A DNA stretch of 41,273 nucleotides from Bigelowiella natans CCMP2755. Its lineage: Eukaryota; Protista; Cercozoa. Below are positions 1-12,245 of the stretch, piece by piece (position 1 is the first letter of the stretch; each line of letters begins with the position of its first letter). Made by a program: the position numbers and the translations under genes. Below the pieces are notes generated by a model that was not told where the DNA came from, searched no databases, and was given only the letters and a program-made list of their open reading frames with translations. The stretch covers positions 1 through 41,273 of the forward strand of contig ADNK01000480.1 in NCBI GenBank assembly GCA_000320545.1, given 5' to 3'.

Positions 1-294
1 AACCCTTCCCCTCGTCGTCCCCACTTACTGGCCACCCTTATCTCCTTTCTCTCCGGTTTTCCTCGAGACGTGGAGGCTCGAGAAGGAAGCGCTGCAAGCT
101 GAGGATGAAGCGCGCATCTTCGATGCAGTCGATCTAAACAACACACCAACACAACACACTATTCCACCCTGATGATTATATATTGGGGGGGGGGGGGGGG
201 GGAGGAGGAGGAGAAATCCTCTCTCTCGTGTGTTTCCTGTACCACACACTCTTTTACCACACATGGTTACATTACATCTCTTCAAACCAAACCC

Positions 295-339
<45 letters not shown>

Positions 340-641
340 CGTGTGCAGTATTTGCATAAAAGACATGTAATGTAACCATGTGTCATAAAACAGTGTTCGA
401 TACAGTAAACACTCGAGAGACAGCATTTCTCCTCCTCCTCCTCCTCCTCCTCCTCACAATATATAATCATCAGGGTGTAATAGTGTGTTGTGTTGCTGTT
501 CGTTTACGATCGACTGCATCGAAGATGCGCCCTTCATCCTCAGCTTGCAGCAATTCCTTCTCGAGCCTCAACGTCTCTAGGAATAGCGGTGAGTAAGGAG
601 ATGAGGGTGGCCAGTCAGTGGGGACGATGAGGGACAGGGTT
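1..641. repeat. Imperfect fold-back inverted repeat centred on (TA)n at ~302-336
   Basis: 1-301 is the reverse complement of ~337-641 with scattered mismatches. For example gaggctcgagaaggaa...gctgcaagctgaggatgaag.gcgcatcttcgatgcagtcgatc occurs on both arms. Confidence 0.95.
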
Positions 642-1011
642 ATGATCTCAGTCGTCACCATTTCCAAACATCCATTTGTCTTCCTTGGGGGGGGGGCGAA
701 ATATGTCACGGAGTCGTGGCCGAGTGACATTGAGAAAGTCTGGAAGATCCTCCCTTTCGATGTCCCCATCCTCCGGTGGCGTCGAGAATGCTGTTCCTGG
801 ATGATGACGATGTGTCCAGTTGTTGGCCATGTATGCGGCACTGCTCGAATTCGTGGAAATATTGGTTGCCATATATTCGTTAAGATTTTCCAAATCGCGC
901 CTGATACGAAGCCATCTCTGGATCCTACTTCTCAAAATTCCCATGTCTTTCTGGGATCTCTATGAGAACAACAATATCAGGGATAAGGCCCGTTGGGGTT
1001 GTAGTAGTTGC

Positions 1012-1052
<41 letters not shown>

Positions 1053-1964
1053 GGAAGGAAGAGGCCCATTATTTCATGAGGTGTGGGATGAAAAATTTGG
1101 ATTTCGCATTGTTGGTGTCACTGCATGCACATGGACCTTTTTTGACATGGCATCTTCGCTTCCTTCCGTTGAGTCCTGAAAAAAGGGTGAAAATACTGAT
1201 AATCTCGCTACTACGCACGCACCACAGCATTAAGTTGTTTAGCAAAGAACGGCATGGCATGTTGTGATGGCTGTGGAGGCGATTCTTCGTAGGTCGTAGA
1301 GCCGTCCGTGCCTGCTCTAACATCATCGTCGGTACCGGGGAGCTGGCTTGATTCTGTCTTCGCGATTGATCCCTCGTATTATCATCATGTTTCGGCAATG
1401 GAAAATATCTGGAAGAAGGCTGCTTTTCGTATTCGCTATCGTCATCCTCCCCTTTATGCGGATGTCTTCTTGCTTTGCTAGGAGGCAGAAATGTCTCTTG
1501 TCTATGAAGTCAATAATTATGATGGACGTATTTTTTCAAATCTAAGAGCAACCAGAAATTGTGTTACATGTAAGAAGACGTGCTAGGAACTAAGAATACG
1601 ATTTTGCGGACTTTAGCGGGTACCTTCCCCCTCCCCGTGCCTCAGGAAACTCGAACCATTCATCCCCGAAGAGCTTCTTCTTCATATCTCTTATCCCGTC
1701 GCTAACTTCATCGAGGCAGTGATCACGATACACGGCGGAATCCGTCGAGCTGCTCTCTGAATCGGTCGTGAGGAACTGATCCCTGAGCATCCGATGTCTG
1801 GATTGCCTGCTCCGCCTGATGGCCAGGGCGGTGGCGACCTTCGGAGGAAGGGCGTTCCTGTTCTTCCTGTCAGCATGCACCCCGAAAAGAGAGCCCAGAA
1901 GAACACAGAATGGAATGAGGGCCTGCACGGGGCGAGGCGGACGAAGCCGCCCGGTCCGCCTCAT
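470..1964 (-). CDS. Multi-exon hypothetical protein with signal-peptide-like leader; 3' end probably lost at the fold-back
   Basis: Exon 1 MRRTGRLRPPRPVQALIPFCVLLGSLFGVHA...PEARGG, then GT-AG-bounded exons DSTEGSEDAMSKK, RSQKDMGILRSRIQRWLRIRRDLENL... and WPPSSPYSPLFLETLRLEKELLQAEDEGRIFDAVD. No family recognised. Exon 2 frame uncertain. Confidence 0.6.
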
Positions 1965-2445
1965 CCCGTCCTTCTCCCCATCTCGTCGAAGCCGTACCGT
2001 TGCAATTCAAAGGCGGCTTGTCGGAATCAGAAACGAAAATGGAGACGAATCCATCCATGCGACAACAAACAACACACAAAACGGGGTTGCTCCACGAGTT
2101 CGCCTGCGGAAGACAACAAGGACAAAGCCACATGACGAAAATTCTCCCAACACACGATTCGTAGCTCGTACGACACATGTGTCCAGCAGAGAACTTTGAA
2201 AATGCCATCGATTTTGTTGTAAACGATAATCCCCAACATTCAGCACATTTTCTACAGGAAAAGTCGAAAAAATCGAAGTAGCCGAAATAAAATGCATTTA
2301 TCAAGTGCGACAAATTTGACATGCCAGAAAGGCTCAGAAAAGTCGAAAGTAACTGTACATCTGGAATGAGCGAATGCAGGCAAATTGTGCCGAAGGGACT
2401 GGCGTATTTTCAGAAAAGACCGTGCTTGTGAACAAAAGACAAGAT

Positions 2446-2458
2446 TTTTGGCGGGAAA
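2446..2458 (-). promoter_or_regulatory. Candidate E2F-type site (TTTCCCGCCAAAA) in divergent promoter
   Basis: Plus strand ttttggcgggaaa matches the E2F consensus and lies between two head-to-head genes. Single short motif only. Confidence 0.3.
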
Positions 2459-2936
2459 GCGGAGGATCATTTTAGGGAAAAGGTAGTGGAAGTCATCCAG
2501 ATCACTCTGCCCAGCTGACGAGGGTGCGAGGGCATTGAGGGCATCTTGTGCGTCGAAAACGTGTGAACTGACAATACTATTTTTTGCAAAAAAACCCTGC
2601 TATTTAGCAACATCCAATGAAATCCGACGATAGTTCCATTCCATTCGAATGGCCGGGATTATCAGCTGTTTGCTGGGTTGTTGTCGACAGCTGGTTTTGG
2701 AGGTGGAACCGATTCTGCGCCAACATGAAAACTGAGGGAAATTTTGACCTGCATTTTGTACATATTTGTCATGGAAAAAGTAGTCTCAGTAGCAAAAACG
2801 GAGTCTATACTTCTTCTTTTTCCAGACAACATCGATCGCAACACAACTGCTGCATCTTCTACCCGACCGGCCCGACATCAATGCGCCCACCCGCCTCTTC
2901 GATACCTGTTTTCCCTCGGTTCTGCATTCATATACC

Positions 2937-3190
2937 ATGAATTATCATTCCCCGCAACGGTTGAAATTTTACATCTCTCTGATACCCGCCCTCTTCGCCG
3001 TCGTGAGATGGGGCGGCCGCGCAAAAACATGCCGCACGAAGGCCGAAACGCCTTTCACTGCCTGCAGCTTAGGGCGAAGGTGTTGAAAACGAGTTCAACT
3101 CTACAATTGTATCTTCAAAAATCATGCATACTGCACGAAGGAAAGCCATATAAATATACATATACATGTTATATGCACATATTTGTTTGT

Positions 3191-3230
<40 letters not shown>

Positions 3231-3687
3231 AATCTTATCTGTGTCTGGTTAGCGACCTCCCGGTCAAAAACGCGTGGGGGGTCCATCTTTCAAGAATACG
3301 GGGCGGCAAGTTTTACATGGACGAAAAAGACGACATTGTGCAGTGTTCGAAACAAGAGGAGTCTCGCTCCAAGGCTGAAGTTCAGGTGTCCTCCTCCTCC
3401 TCCTCCTCCTCCTCCTCCTCCTCCTCCCCCTCAAGATGAAATGGCCGGGAAACAAGTGACGACGACATGTGTTGTGTTGTGTCGTCAGAGTCTTCTAAAT
3501 TCGTATGGTTTGGGTGAAGGAGAACAATCCCAGGCCCAAGATCCTCATTCGCAAATAGTAATTCTTTAGAATGCCGAAGATCTATTGAACTAACACTTGC
3601 TTCTCAGGGGGGGGGAGCACGTTTGGAAGGAGTCATCCAAATCCCACCGCAGTTCGCAGGGGAGGTGGATTTGGATACCTACGCCTG

Positions 3688-3756
<69 letters not shown>

Positions 3757-3761
3757 TATAT

Positions 3762-3795
<34 letters not shown>

Positions 3796-3985
3796 TGTGT
3801 GGTAACACAATGTGTGCGTCTCAGATTTCTGAATCCCATCTTCTAAGCTTCTACAAAGACTACATAAAATCTGCGCGGCTCATTCTTCCACGACCTGCTG
3901 CTAGGAGAAATCTCACCCTGGTGTATATACTTAAAATATAACTTGCCCTGCTGAGTAGTATGTGCATAGAGACCGATTCACACAC

Positions 3986-4030
<45 letters not shown>

Positions 4031-4167
4031 TGCATATATACATAAATCCATAGATGACGTCTCCCAGACATCATCGCTTCTTCAGAACGACAAAAAGGTT
4101 ACCTGATCTCTTCCTTGTCCTTGTCTTTATAGCTCACGCACTGTATACTCCACCCCCCCCCCCCCCC

Positions 4168-4204
<37 letters not shown>

Positions 4205-4461
4205 TGTGCCGCTTATCAGTGGAAGAGCTGTGTATGCTCCTCCGGATACCCCCCACTGGGTGGTGGAGTTCTTCGCACCGAAGTTTCGGGTAACGTTCAG
4301 AAGCTTGGCTGCTCGACGCGCTTTCTCCACCGCCCCTTCTATGGACCCCTCTATCATCCTCCGGCACAATCGAAGTAAACAACTTTTTCTGAGCTATTAT
4401 TCGCCATTATTGCCTTGGCGTCGCCTTGCTCACGAAGGCCAGGCTTTTATGAGAACATATG

Positions 4462-4500
<39 letters not shown>

Positions 4501-4911
4501 CATATATTTGTATATATTTAACACATCTGTAAGCAGGCTCTGGGTATCAGGACGCGGGTCATAAACTACGGGAACTCTTCCTAGAACAACCGCAACTGCA
4601 GCATCGGTGTTCTCCTCCCCGCCACAATGTCAAGACCCTTAGAGGCAGTGCGAGAGAGGCCGCAGGGCTGCCCCCCTCCAGTATTTGGAGCAAAGGCCGC
4701 GACAACGAAAACAACGTTCCTTCAGAAAGCCTCAAAGCTCCCTCAGGTTGTTTGGGTTCTACGAGGGGGGGGGGTTGGTCGTCATCTGCATGTACAAAAC
4801 ATGTCATTTATCATCGTTTTCAACGCTAAAATTAGGGATCTGCGTGTCGCGCGACGGAACGCTCATAGTGTTGGATGATCGTGAGTGGCCTTAACATAAT
4901 AATCAATATAC

Positions 4912-4955
<44 letters not shown>

Positions 4956-5347
4956 ATTTTTAATCAAACAATCAACCCATTGGGTGGGTGAGCAAACTAT
5001 TTATCCCCTTTATATCTGCACATAGGGGAGATCAGAAGGCTTGACCCATCATCCGGCGTCGTCACCTCTACGGTGTATAGATAGACCTTCATTATGCCTC
5101 AGATGAAGAGAGTCGAGAGCGGGACAAAAGTGTTTGAAAAGAAGAAGAAGAAGAAGAAGAAGAAGAAGAAGAAACACACGCAACCAATCATCAGGTGTCG
5201 TTAAAACCGGGACGACGGGATGGACCCTTGGATATAGCTAAGTTCGGGGTTTGTTTCAGCTTTTGCAGATGCGCATTTCGGCTCTTGCACGGGGATGTTA
5301 AGTCATTTAGTTTTACTAATGTGCGCTCTCTCCCTCTCTTTCTCTCC

Positions 5348-5397
<50 letters not shown>

Positions 5398-5842
5398 CGA
5401 TAATGCAATCAGGAGCTCAGCAGTATTGTCCTATGTGAGAGTGGATGTGATCCGCATGAAGAAGAAGAAAAAGAAGGAGGAGGAGGAAGAGGAGGAGGAG
5501 GAGAAGAAAAATCCGGCGGTGTGGGAAATAATCTTCCGCCTCCTCCTCCCCAGATCCTCTACGCTTGCGATTCCATCAACAATCAGGTGGGGGGGGGGCA
5601 ATATTGAAGATAGCGGTGGTGGTGGTGATGATGATGACGAGGATGATCACGGAGGGGGACAGTGATGGCGTTTGGCCCCTGTTTTGAAGAAACCCATCTC
5701 ACGGCAGCTCGCAATTGAACATCATCAGATTCGATGCATCTGCAACGGTCGGGTCACCACTCTCGCTGGGAAGTACATCGGCTACCGAGATGGGAGGTCT
5801 GTCTCGCCGACCGCATCAGATCGACGACGATGGCGATAATAT

Positions 5843-5881
<39 letters not shown>

Positions 5882-6224
5882 CGAAGGGGGGGGGGGGGGG
5901 GGGGTCAATACCGATGAGAATTATCTCAGAAAGACGTCGTTATCACGCACGTGTTTGTCTAATTTTAGGGGGAGTTTGGTTTCCTTTAACGACCCTTCAG
6001 GCTTAACATGCACAGCGGACGGAACCTTGTACGTTTCAGACTCTGGAAACTTCAAAATCCGCAAAGTGACACCGAGTGGAGAGGTGTGTTCGGGTGGGGA
6101 GGGGTGCATCGTCCATCCCATCATCCTTTTGGATGTCGTAATCGGGCAGTTTTTAAGCTGTCGTTGGGGCTGGGGGGGGGGGGGGAGATGATGGTGATAG
6201 CAGCCGTTATGGGGGTGATGATGG

Positions 6225-6255
<31 letters not shown>

Positions 6256-6522
6256 AATGCCCATCTTCCATCCATTCATCGACTTCATCCTCTGTGTAAG
6301 AATAGTGATATGCGTGATCTTGAGTTTCGATGGTAAATAATACCGCATCATGCGTAGCCCTCCATGCCCTGAGGCATACATGAATAATACCGCCACGACA
6401 GGTGACAACGATCGCCGGCTCTCACAACAAGTTCGCCTATGCGGATGGGCCCAGCAGTCAGGCGGCGGTGCAGGAGCAGCAGCAGCCCTTCCTTCCATTC
6501 TTTCCGGGTCGTCGTCCTGATG

Positions 6523-6554
<32 letters not shown>

Positions 6555-7103
6555 GGTAAATCGCTGGAAGGGTGTTCCTCCGGAAACCACCACCATCACC
6601 GGCAAGGCACTCTTCGTCGATGCTCGAGGAGTCAGGCTGCTACAGAGACCCATATATTCAAGGCTAGCTACTTCCCCCCCCCGTCGTTTCGCGACGCGAG
6701 CTCCCAAAACGCTGCTGCTGCTGCTGCTGCTGCTACGGGTATAGGGATGGTGTCTGCAATCACAGTGGACCGAACGGTGAGCCAACGCATCGTCTCGAAG
6801 CACAGCACACGAGGATGATAATGATGATGATGATGATACTGATGATGGTGACGATGATAATTCCGCGCCCTCTCCAACCTTGCTGCCATCTTCTGAAGCA
6901 TTGCCTACCTGGTATCGATGATCGATCGATCGTCCTGGTTGGAGATAATGGCTTGTTGGTTTGCTGCCGGCTGCTGAGATGTGATGATGTGATGATGTGA
7001 TGATGCCTGCATTCGTATGGTGTGGTGTGGTGCGGTGCGGTGCGAGCAGACAGGGGACTTGTACTTCGCTCCAAAGTTTGACCCTCTTGACAGGTAGAGT
7101 TTG

Positions 7104-7146
<43 letters not shown>

Positions 7147-8268
7147 GTGTGTGTGTGTGTGTGTGTGTGCAGCATTGCCCCTAATAGTAGTATAGCAGCA
7201 GCAGGCCAGCAGTAAAGGCCGAAGGTGTTCATTGCTTTCGCTCGCCACCGTACTCCACTACTATCACGACCTCCTCCTCCTCCTCCTCCTCCTCCTCCCC
7301 CTCATCCTCCCATCGGGATCGTCCTAATCCAACCATCAATCAGGATGAACAACCGCATTCGCATGCTGAAGAACGGGTCCGTTTCCACGGTCAGTACTAC
7401 TCGGTTGTTTTGCGTGGTTTGGTTGTGTTGTTGTCGCTGCTGCTGTTTGGTTGTTGGTGCACCCCGCGGTTAGCTCATCCTTGAGACGGCCGCAAATCAA
7501 CGTGTGGCGATAATCCAATGTGCGCGTAAGAGGACTTTACGCGATGCTGCTGCTGCCGCTGCTGCGAATGAATGCTCCTCGCTCTGCTGCTCAGATTGCG
7601 GGTAACGGTGACATCGGTATAAGAGACGGAAAGGGGACGAAGGCACGCTTCGGTTGTTTGTTTCCAACTCCATCGTGATAATAACTAACTGTATCAACAA
7701 CCCCAAGAAAAAGTAGAGAGTCGAAGCTCGCAATCTCAAGCCATCGGTCTCTGATAAGAAAAACCCTCCTCCCCCCTCCCTCTCGCTACCACTCAAATAG
7801 GAGCAGTAACTGCGCTGACGTGGGATAGGAGAGGTCCAGCATCTCCACCGACAGTCACAGCGAGAATAGGAATAATAATCGATGCTCCCCTGCTGCTACT
7901 GACGCTGCTGCTTGGTGTTCTTGCACGTAGGCCTATTGTACCTCTGCGACACCCTCCCCTCGCCGCGGTGGCGGTCCTCGATTCGGAGAGTTGATTTGAA
8001 CACGCGAGAGGTGTTTCCCCACCACCGCCGCAGCCTCTGCATTCTTCTCCTTCTCTCTTCGGCCACCCACCCCCATATTTTGATGAGGAGTGGTGAGGCG
8101 GGAGGTATTTTTTTTTTAAGTAATAAGTTGATGTTTCTCCTCTCTCCGTTTTTTTGGTAGGTGACTACCGTGGCGGGAGGAAGCTTTCCGATGTTCAGCG
8201 ATGGAAAAGGTCCGCTCAGTCGCTCTCTCGGCTGACCGAAGACAAGCTTTCTTGAAGAAAACATTCGG

Positions 8269-8301
<33 letters not shown>

Positions 8302-9156
8302 AAGAGAGAGAGAGAGAGAGGGAGAAGCATCCAACTGCCGTTGTTATATCATCAGGAACATATGCTTCTTTCGGATATCCCTGTGCAATAACACCGGCGG
8401 GGCATCAGCAGCATTCATCAGGGGAAGGGGTCCATCGTCCTCCCATGTACTACATTGCCGACAAATGGGCGCGCCGTATTCGTGTTATGTCAGAGGAGGG
8501 GGAGGGGGGGATGGAGGAACAGGCAGCAGAGATGGATTTGGAGAGGAGTAGCAGTAGTAGTAGTAGTAGTAGTCAGAAGCTTGTGGATCGACCCAATCCA
8601 AGCAGTCACCGCAGCATAAGCATTGACGACGAGCTGCCGGCTACAGCTGTTCTCGAAAGCGCTAAGAGCCAGAAGATAGAGGAATGGTTCCACGCGTTCG
8701 ATCTGAAGGTGGTGTTCGCGATCACAACAAACAACATACACCGCCACCGGCTCCCTGGCTTTCTTTCCCAACCCCCCTCCCCTTTTGCTTATCGTTGTCT
8801 TACTGATTTGCTTCTGGTGCAGGGACAAGGCCAGCTGGATCTAGAATCGCTGGCGTCCACCATTGATATATTGATGCAGCCTTACGTAAGAGTGATGCGG
8901 CAGCGGCAGCGGAGGCAGCAGCAGCAGCAAGCAGCTTCGATCTGAAGCTCATATCTTCAGAAAATTTTAACTTTAGTTGGTTGATCAAATACAGGCGAAT
9001 AATGCGCTCGTGACACTCCGTGCTGGGCAAGTCCTGGAGAAGATGAATCATCGCAATGTGATGATGATGGCGGCGACGACGACTGCATGCATGCATACTC
9101 TTTTTTTGTCTCCGCCTGCACAAACAACATCAAACAACTTACAGAAATATTATATG

Positions 9157-9193
<37 letters not shown>

Positions 9194-10072
9194 TTGTATA
9201 TGCATCGCCACATCCCCAGCAGCAACAACAGCAGGGGTCGTCCTCCTCCGTGGTTCTTAAAAAAGAATGGTGCAGATACCTTTCGGAGCACCTGCGGCCC
9301 GAATTTGCTTTTGAAAACGTAGAACAAAAACAATAACAACAACTACTACTACTACAACTACAACTACGCAATGAGATCATGCATACATGGCCGCATCCTA
9401 ATCATCCTGTATATCATCGTTCCGCCCAGGCGACGGCTGCATATTTGCTTGCGGACTTATTCGGGTGGGAGGACCTGCTAGAGGTGATATTTCAACACTC
9501 CTCGTCACGCCACGACGCGCACTGCAGTGCCAAAGTGACTGCTAACTCCCCCCTTTGCCTTGTGTTTGCTGTTACGAATCGGAGATAAAAAACGAGAGGT
9601 CGTGGCCCTGCAACAACCTCAAGAAAGAGAGCGCGGACGGAGAAGGAGGAGGAGGAGGAAGAACCCCTAAAAGGTCAGCAAAAGAGCGAGAGAGCAGCGT
9701 CTCGGAGAGACAGCACGAACTTAGCCGTTGTTGCTTGCTGCTATCATCCCCAACAGGAGGACTGACACGGAGAGGCCGCATGAGTACCCATTCTGGGGCC
9801 AAACTCCCTATGCCTACCCAAACAAGTCGCTACCTCTCATTTTCCGTGAGCGCTACGACAACCATCTCCGAAGCGAGAACATCGAACCAGAAGAGGACTT
9901 CAAGCGTAGAAGCCGGTTGAAGCATCCGCGCGAGGCGGCTCGAGAGAAGAGAAGAAGTTTTCGCCTTTATCTGAAGGACATGCTAGGTGAAAATTCGCGG
10001 ACCACAGATAATGATGACAGCGCCGATGGATTTCCAGCGCAAAGAACACAAGAATACGCTCGGGTTGGATAG
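2937..10072 (+). CDS. NHL-repeat beta-propeller protein with N-terminal leader and degenerate EF-hand-like C-terminal region (many exons)
   Basis: Spliced exons: MNYHSPQRLKFYISLIPALFAVVRW...; GEIRRLDPSSGVVTST; KPGRRDGPLDIAKF; FNDPSGLTCTADGTLYVSDSGNFKIRKVTPSGE|VTTIAGSHNKFAYADGP; NNRIRMLKNGSVST; LLYLCDT...IRRVDLNTRE|VTTVAGG; IEEWFHAFDLK|GQGQLDLESL. Last exon ends ...QEYARVG* at 10072. Start codon inferred from splice phase. Confidence 0.85.
3689..3795. repeat. Compound (TA)n/(CA)n intronic microsatellite (one of dozens in the window)
   Basis: Directly visible, inside an intron of the NHL gene. Confidence 0.95.
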
Positions 10073-10129
10073 AAGGGCTTCTTTGTTTGGAATTACACAT
10101 ACCAATGAATGATAACTGATAGGCCTATC

Positions 10130-11030
10130 TAGGTTTTTGTAGGCATGTACATATTAAATAAAGCTGCCGCAGTTGGCGTAATGCATTCGCTACTGTATGA
10201 CTGTCCATGCCAACAAAATTGCTGCAGCCATTACACACGCATATGTAAACATTGCGTCATGCACAAGCCCCCTCTAGCCCTGCTGTCTCGCTGCTGTGTG
10301 GCGTCGATCGTCCATGACAGATGCAAGCTGCATGTGTACGCAGGCATGCTAGCATGCATGTGCACGCGCACATACATCGCCAGATCGCGTACATGTCTAG
10401 CGATGCAGTGAGGTGCATCGATCGCATCGAACAGCTCACAACATTCTAGCGCATTCTACATCCACATCGCTAGAATCTTCTTGACTGCATACGTACTAGC
10501 TAGCTAGGCTTGTTAGCTAGGTAGCTAGGCGGATAACACACATGTTACCAGACTACATACCAGCAAGCATAAAAGCTAGCAGCTAGGTCAGTGCGATGAT
10601 GAGCGAAGCCGAAGCGCACTGATGAGCCAAGCCGAAGTGACTAGCTAGTATAGCAAGCTAGCTCCATCACATCTAAGCTAGCTAAGCTACGCGTGTAAGA
10701 AGTACCTGCTAGCCTGCGTATCGTAGTAGCGCAGGCACAACAATGAACAGACCAATGCATTCTACTAGCTTGAGCAGTGTAGATGCAGGTTTAGGATGTA
10801 CGTAAACCTAACTCTAAATAAGCGGCTCAGAGCATAGCTGTCCGCCTACATGCGTAGTGCGAACGCGACGCGGGTGGACACGTTACATCATGTGTCGTTT
10901 GGGTGCGTGCATGTGAGGCGTCCACTTGAAACAACACTCTAGCACCAGCCTAGAATGCACAGCATCAAACACTCAACATGCTCGATTTGATCAGTGAATG
11001 TCACTGACTAACCTAGTTGCATCGTGTTCT
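10130..11030. other. CTAG/AGCT/CATG palindrome-rich intergenic spacer 1 (convergent junction)
   Basis: About 20 CTAG by hand count in ~900 bp, many GCTAGC/GCATGC, no SSR tracts, no credible ORF. Confidence 0.85.
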
Positions 11031-11211
11031 TGCAATTCAATTACACATCTCATCCCACACGCGTTCCCACATTTCCTAAAGTTTATAAGGCAAGAACTTC
11101 CCGCATTCTCAAGCTTTCACGCGGATATCGACTCCTTCGCATCGCAAATCCAGTGGAGATATTGTGAAGTCCTGGGTGCAGTTTTATCGTCTTTCTGAGT
11201 TGTGCTACTTC

Positions 11212-11727
11212 CTACCTAAAGCGGAACGAAATCCTGCCTTTCGATAGGTCATACGGGGAGAGCTCGACCCGTACCTATAATAAGTGCAACCGATTCTGTT
11301 CAGATTAAGGCATGCAGTGGAAAACAAATGAATCTTACCCTGTCTCCAATTAGGACGCGAATGTTGTTTTTCCGCATCTTGCCCTTCAAAGAATATGCAA
11401 ACAAGTGAATGCACGTGGCAAGAGAAACGCCTCAATATTGCCTACCGCTAGCTGGCAGAGAACCGTCTGGTCTACTTCGTCAAGTTTAACTTTAAACATT
11501 GTGCTCGGTAGTGCATCGACAACCTAAGATAGAATTTTATAAGCTTTGGATCCTGAAAACAAGTTCACGTCTGATCGCCGACAGACCTGCCCTTCCACAG
11601 TAATTACATTTTCGTTTTCCTTTACCTTTAGTTGGAAGAGTTTCAAGCACATAATTAGTATTTATGCACCTCTTTTTCCTTCTATTATCTCCGTAATTAA
11701 TTGATTAATAAGCAGTCATCATCCCAT

Positions 11728-11794
<67 letters not shown>

Positions 11795-12245
11795 CTATAT
11801 ATATTATATAACATATTCATACATATATATCATGTATTACTTTTGGAGCCTCCCTCGGCTTATTCGTGACGGGTGCTTTCTTCTTCTTCCCAAATACCCG
11901 GAATGATGACATACGGCCGGCTCCGAAGGGCCTCGGACTGCCAAACTCTGTATCACGGTGGTGGGGAATACTTGAGGTCATTGTTCCACTATTTGTTGGC
12001 CATCTATTTCCAACTTCGCCCAAAATGTTGTTGTGAGATTTGACATGAGTCCCAAGCTCTGCTCCACGTCGACGCAAGGATCTTGGTAAATGGCTTCTAG
12101 CATCTGAATTGAGCATCCCTCGACATATTGCTGTTCTTCTTCCTCCGTTCGTTACTACTGACGCTTCGCCCACAGCCAAAACCGTGGTCATCATTGCTAA
12201 TATAACAACATTGAAGTTCGGACGAGCAGCAACAACCCCACTCAT
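11212..12245 (-). CDS. infA: Translation initiation factor IF-1, bacterial/plastid type, nucleus-encoded with bipartite targeting leader
   Basis: Exons 12245-11841, 11625-11587, 11523-11446, 11383-11339 and 11274-11212, all phase 0 GT-AG. They give VKENENVITVEGQ|VVDALPSTMFKVKLDEVDQTVLCQLA|GKMRKNNIRVLIGDR|VRVELSPYDLSKGRISFRFR*, a classic IF-1. Exon 1 has hydrophobic VVILAMMTTVLAV followed by an R/S-rich segment. Confidence 0.95.

Noticed and set aside
5195-7473. Many ORF-track proteins with poly-M/I/H/D/S/YI runs
   Set aside because: They are translations of intronic microsatellites; only short embedded exons are coding.
10597-10642. gatgagc(g/c)aagccgaag repeated twice; possible CRISPR-like array
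   Set aside because: Only two adjacent copies with no unique spacers, in a eukaryotic context; a simple tandem duplication.
10130-11030. CTAG-rich spacers as Helitron 3' ends or restriction-site/vector sequence
   Set aside because: CTAG is dispersed throughout rather than terminal, and there is no Rep/helicase, TIR/TSD or polylinker order. A decayed-TE origin is not fully excluded.
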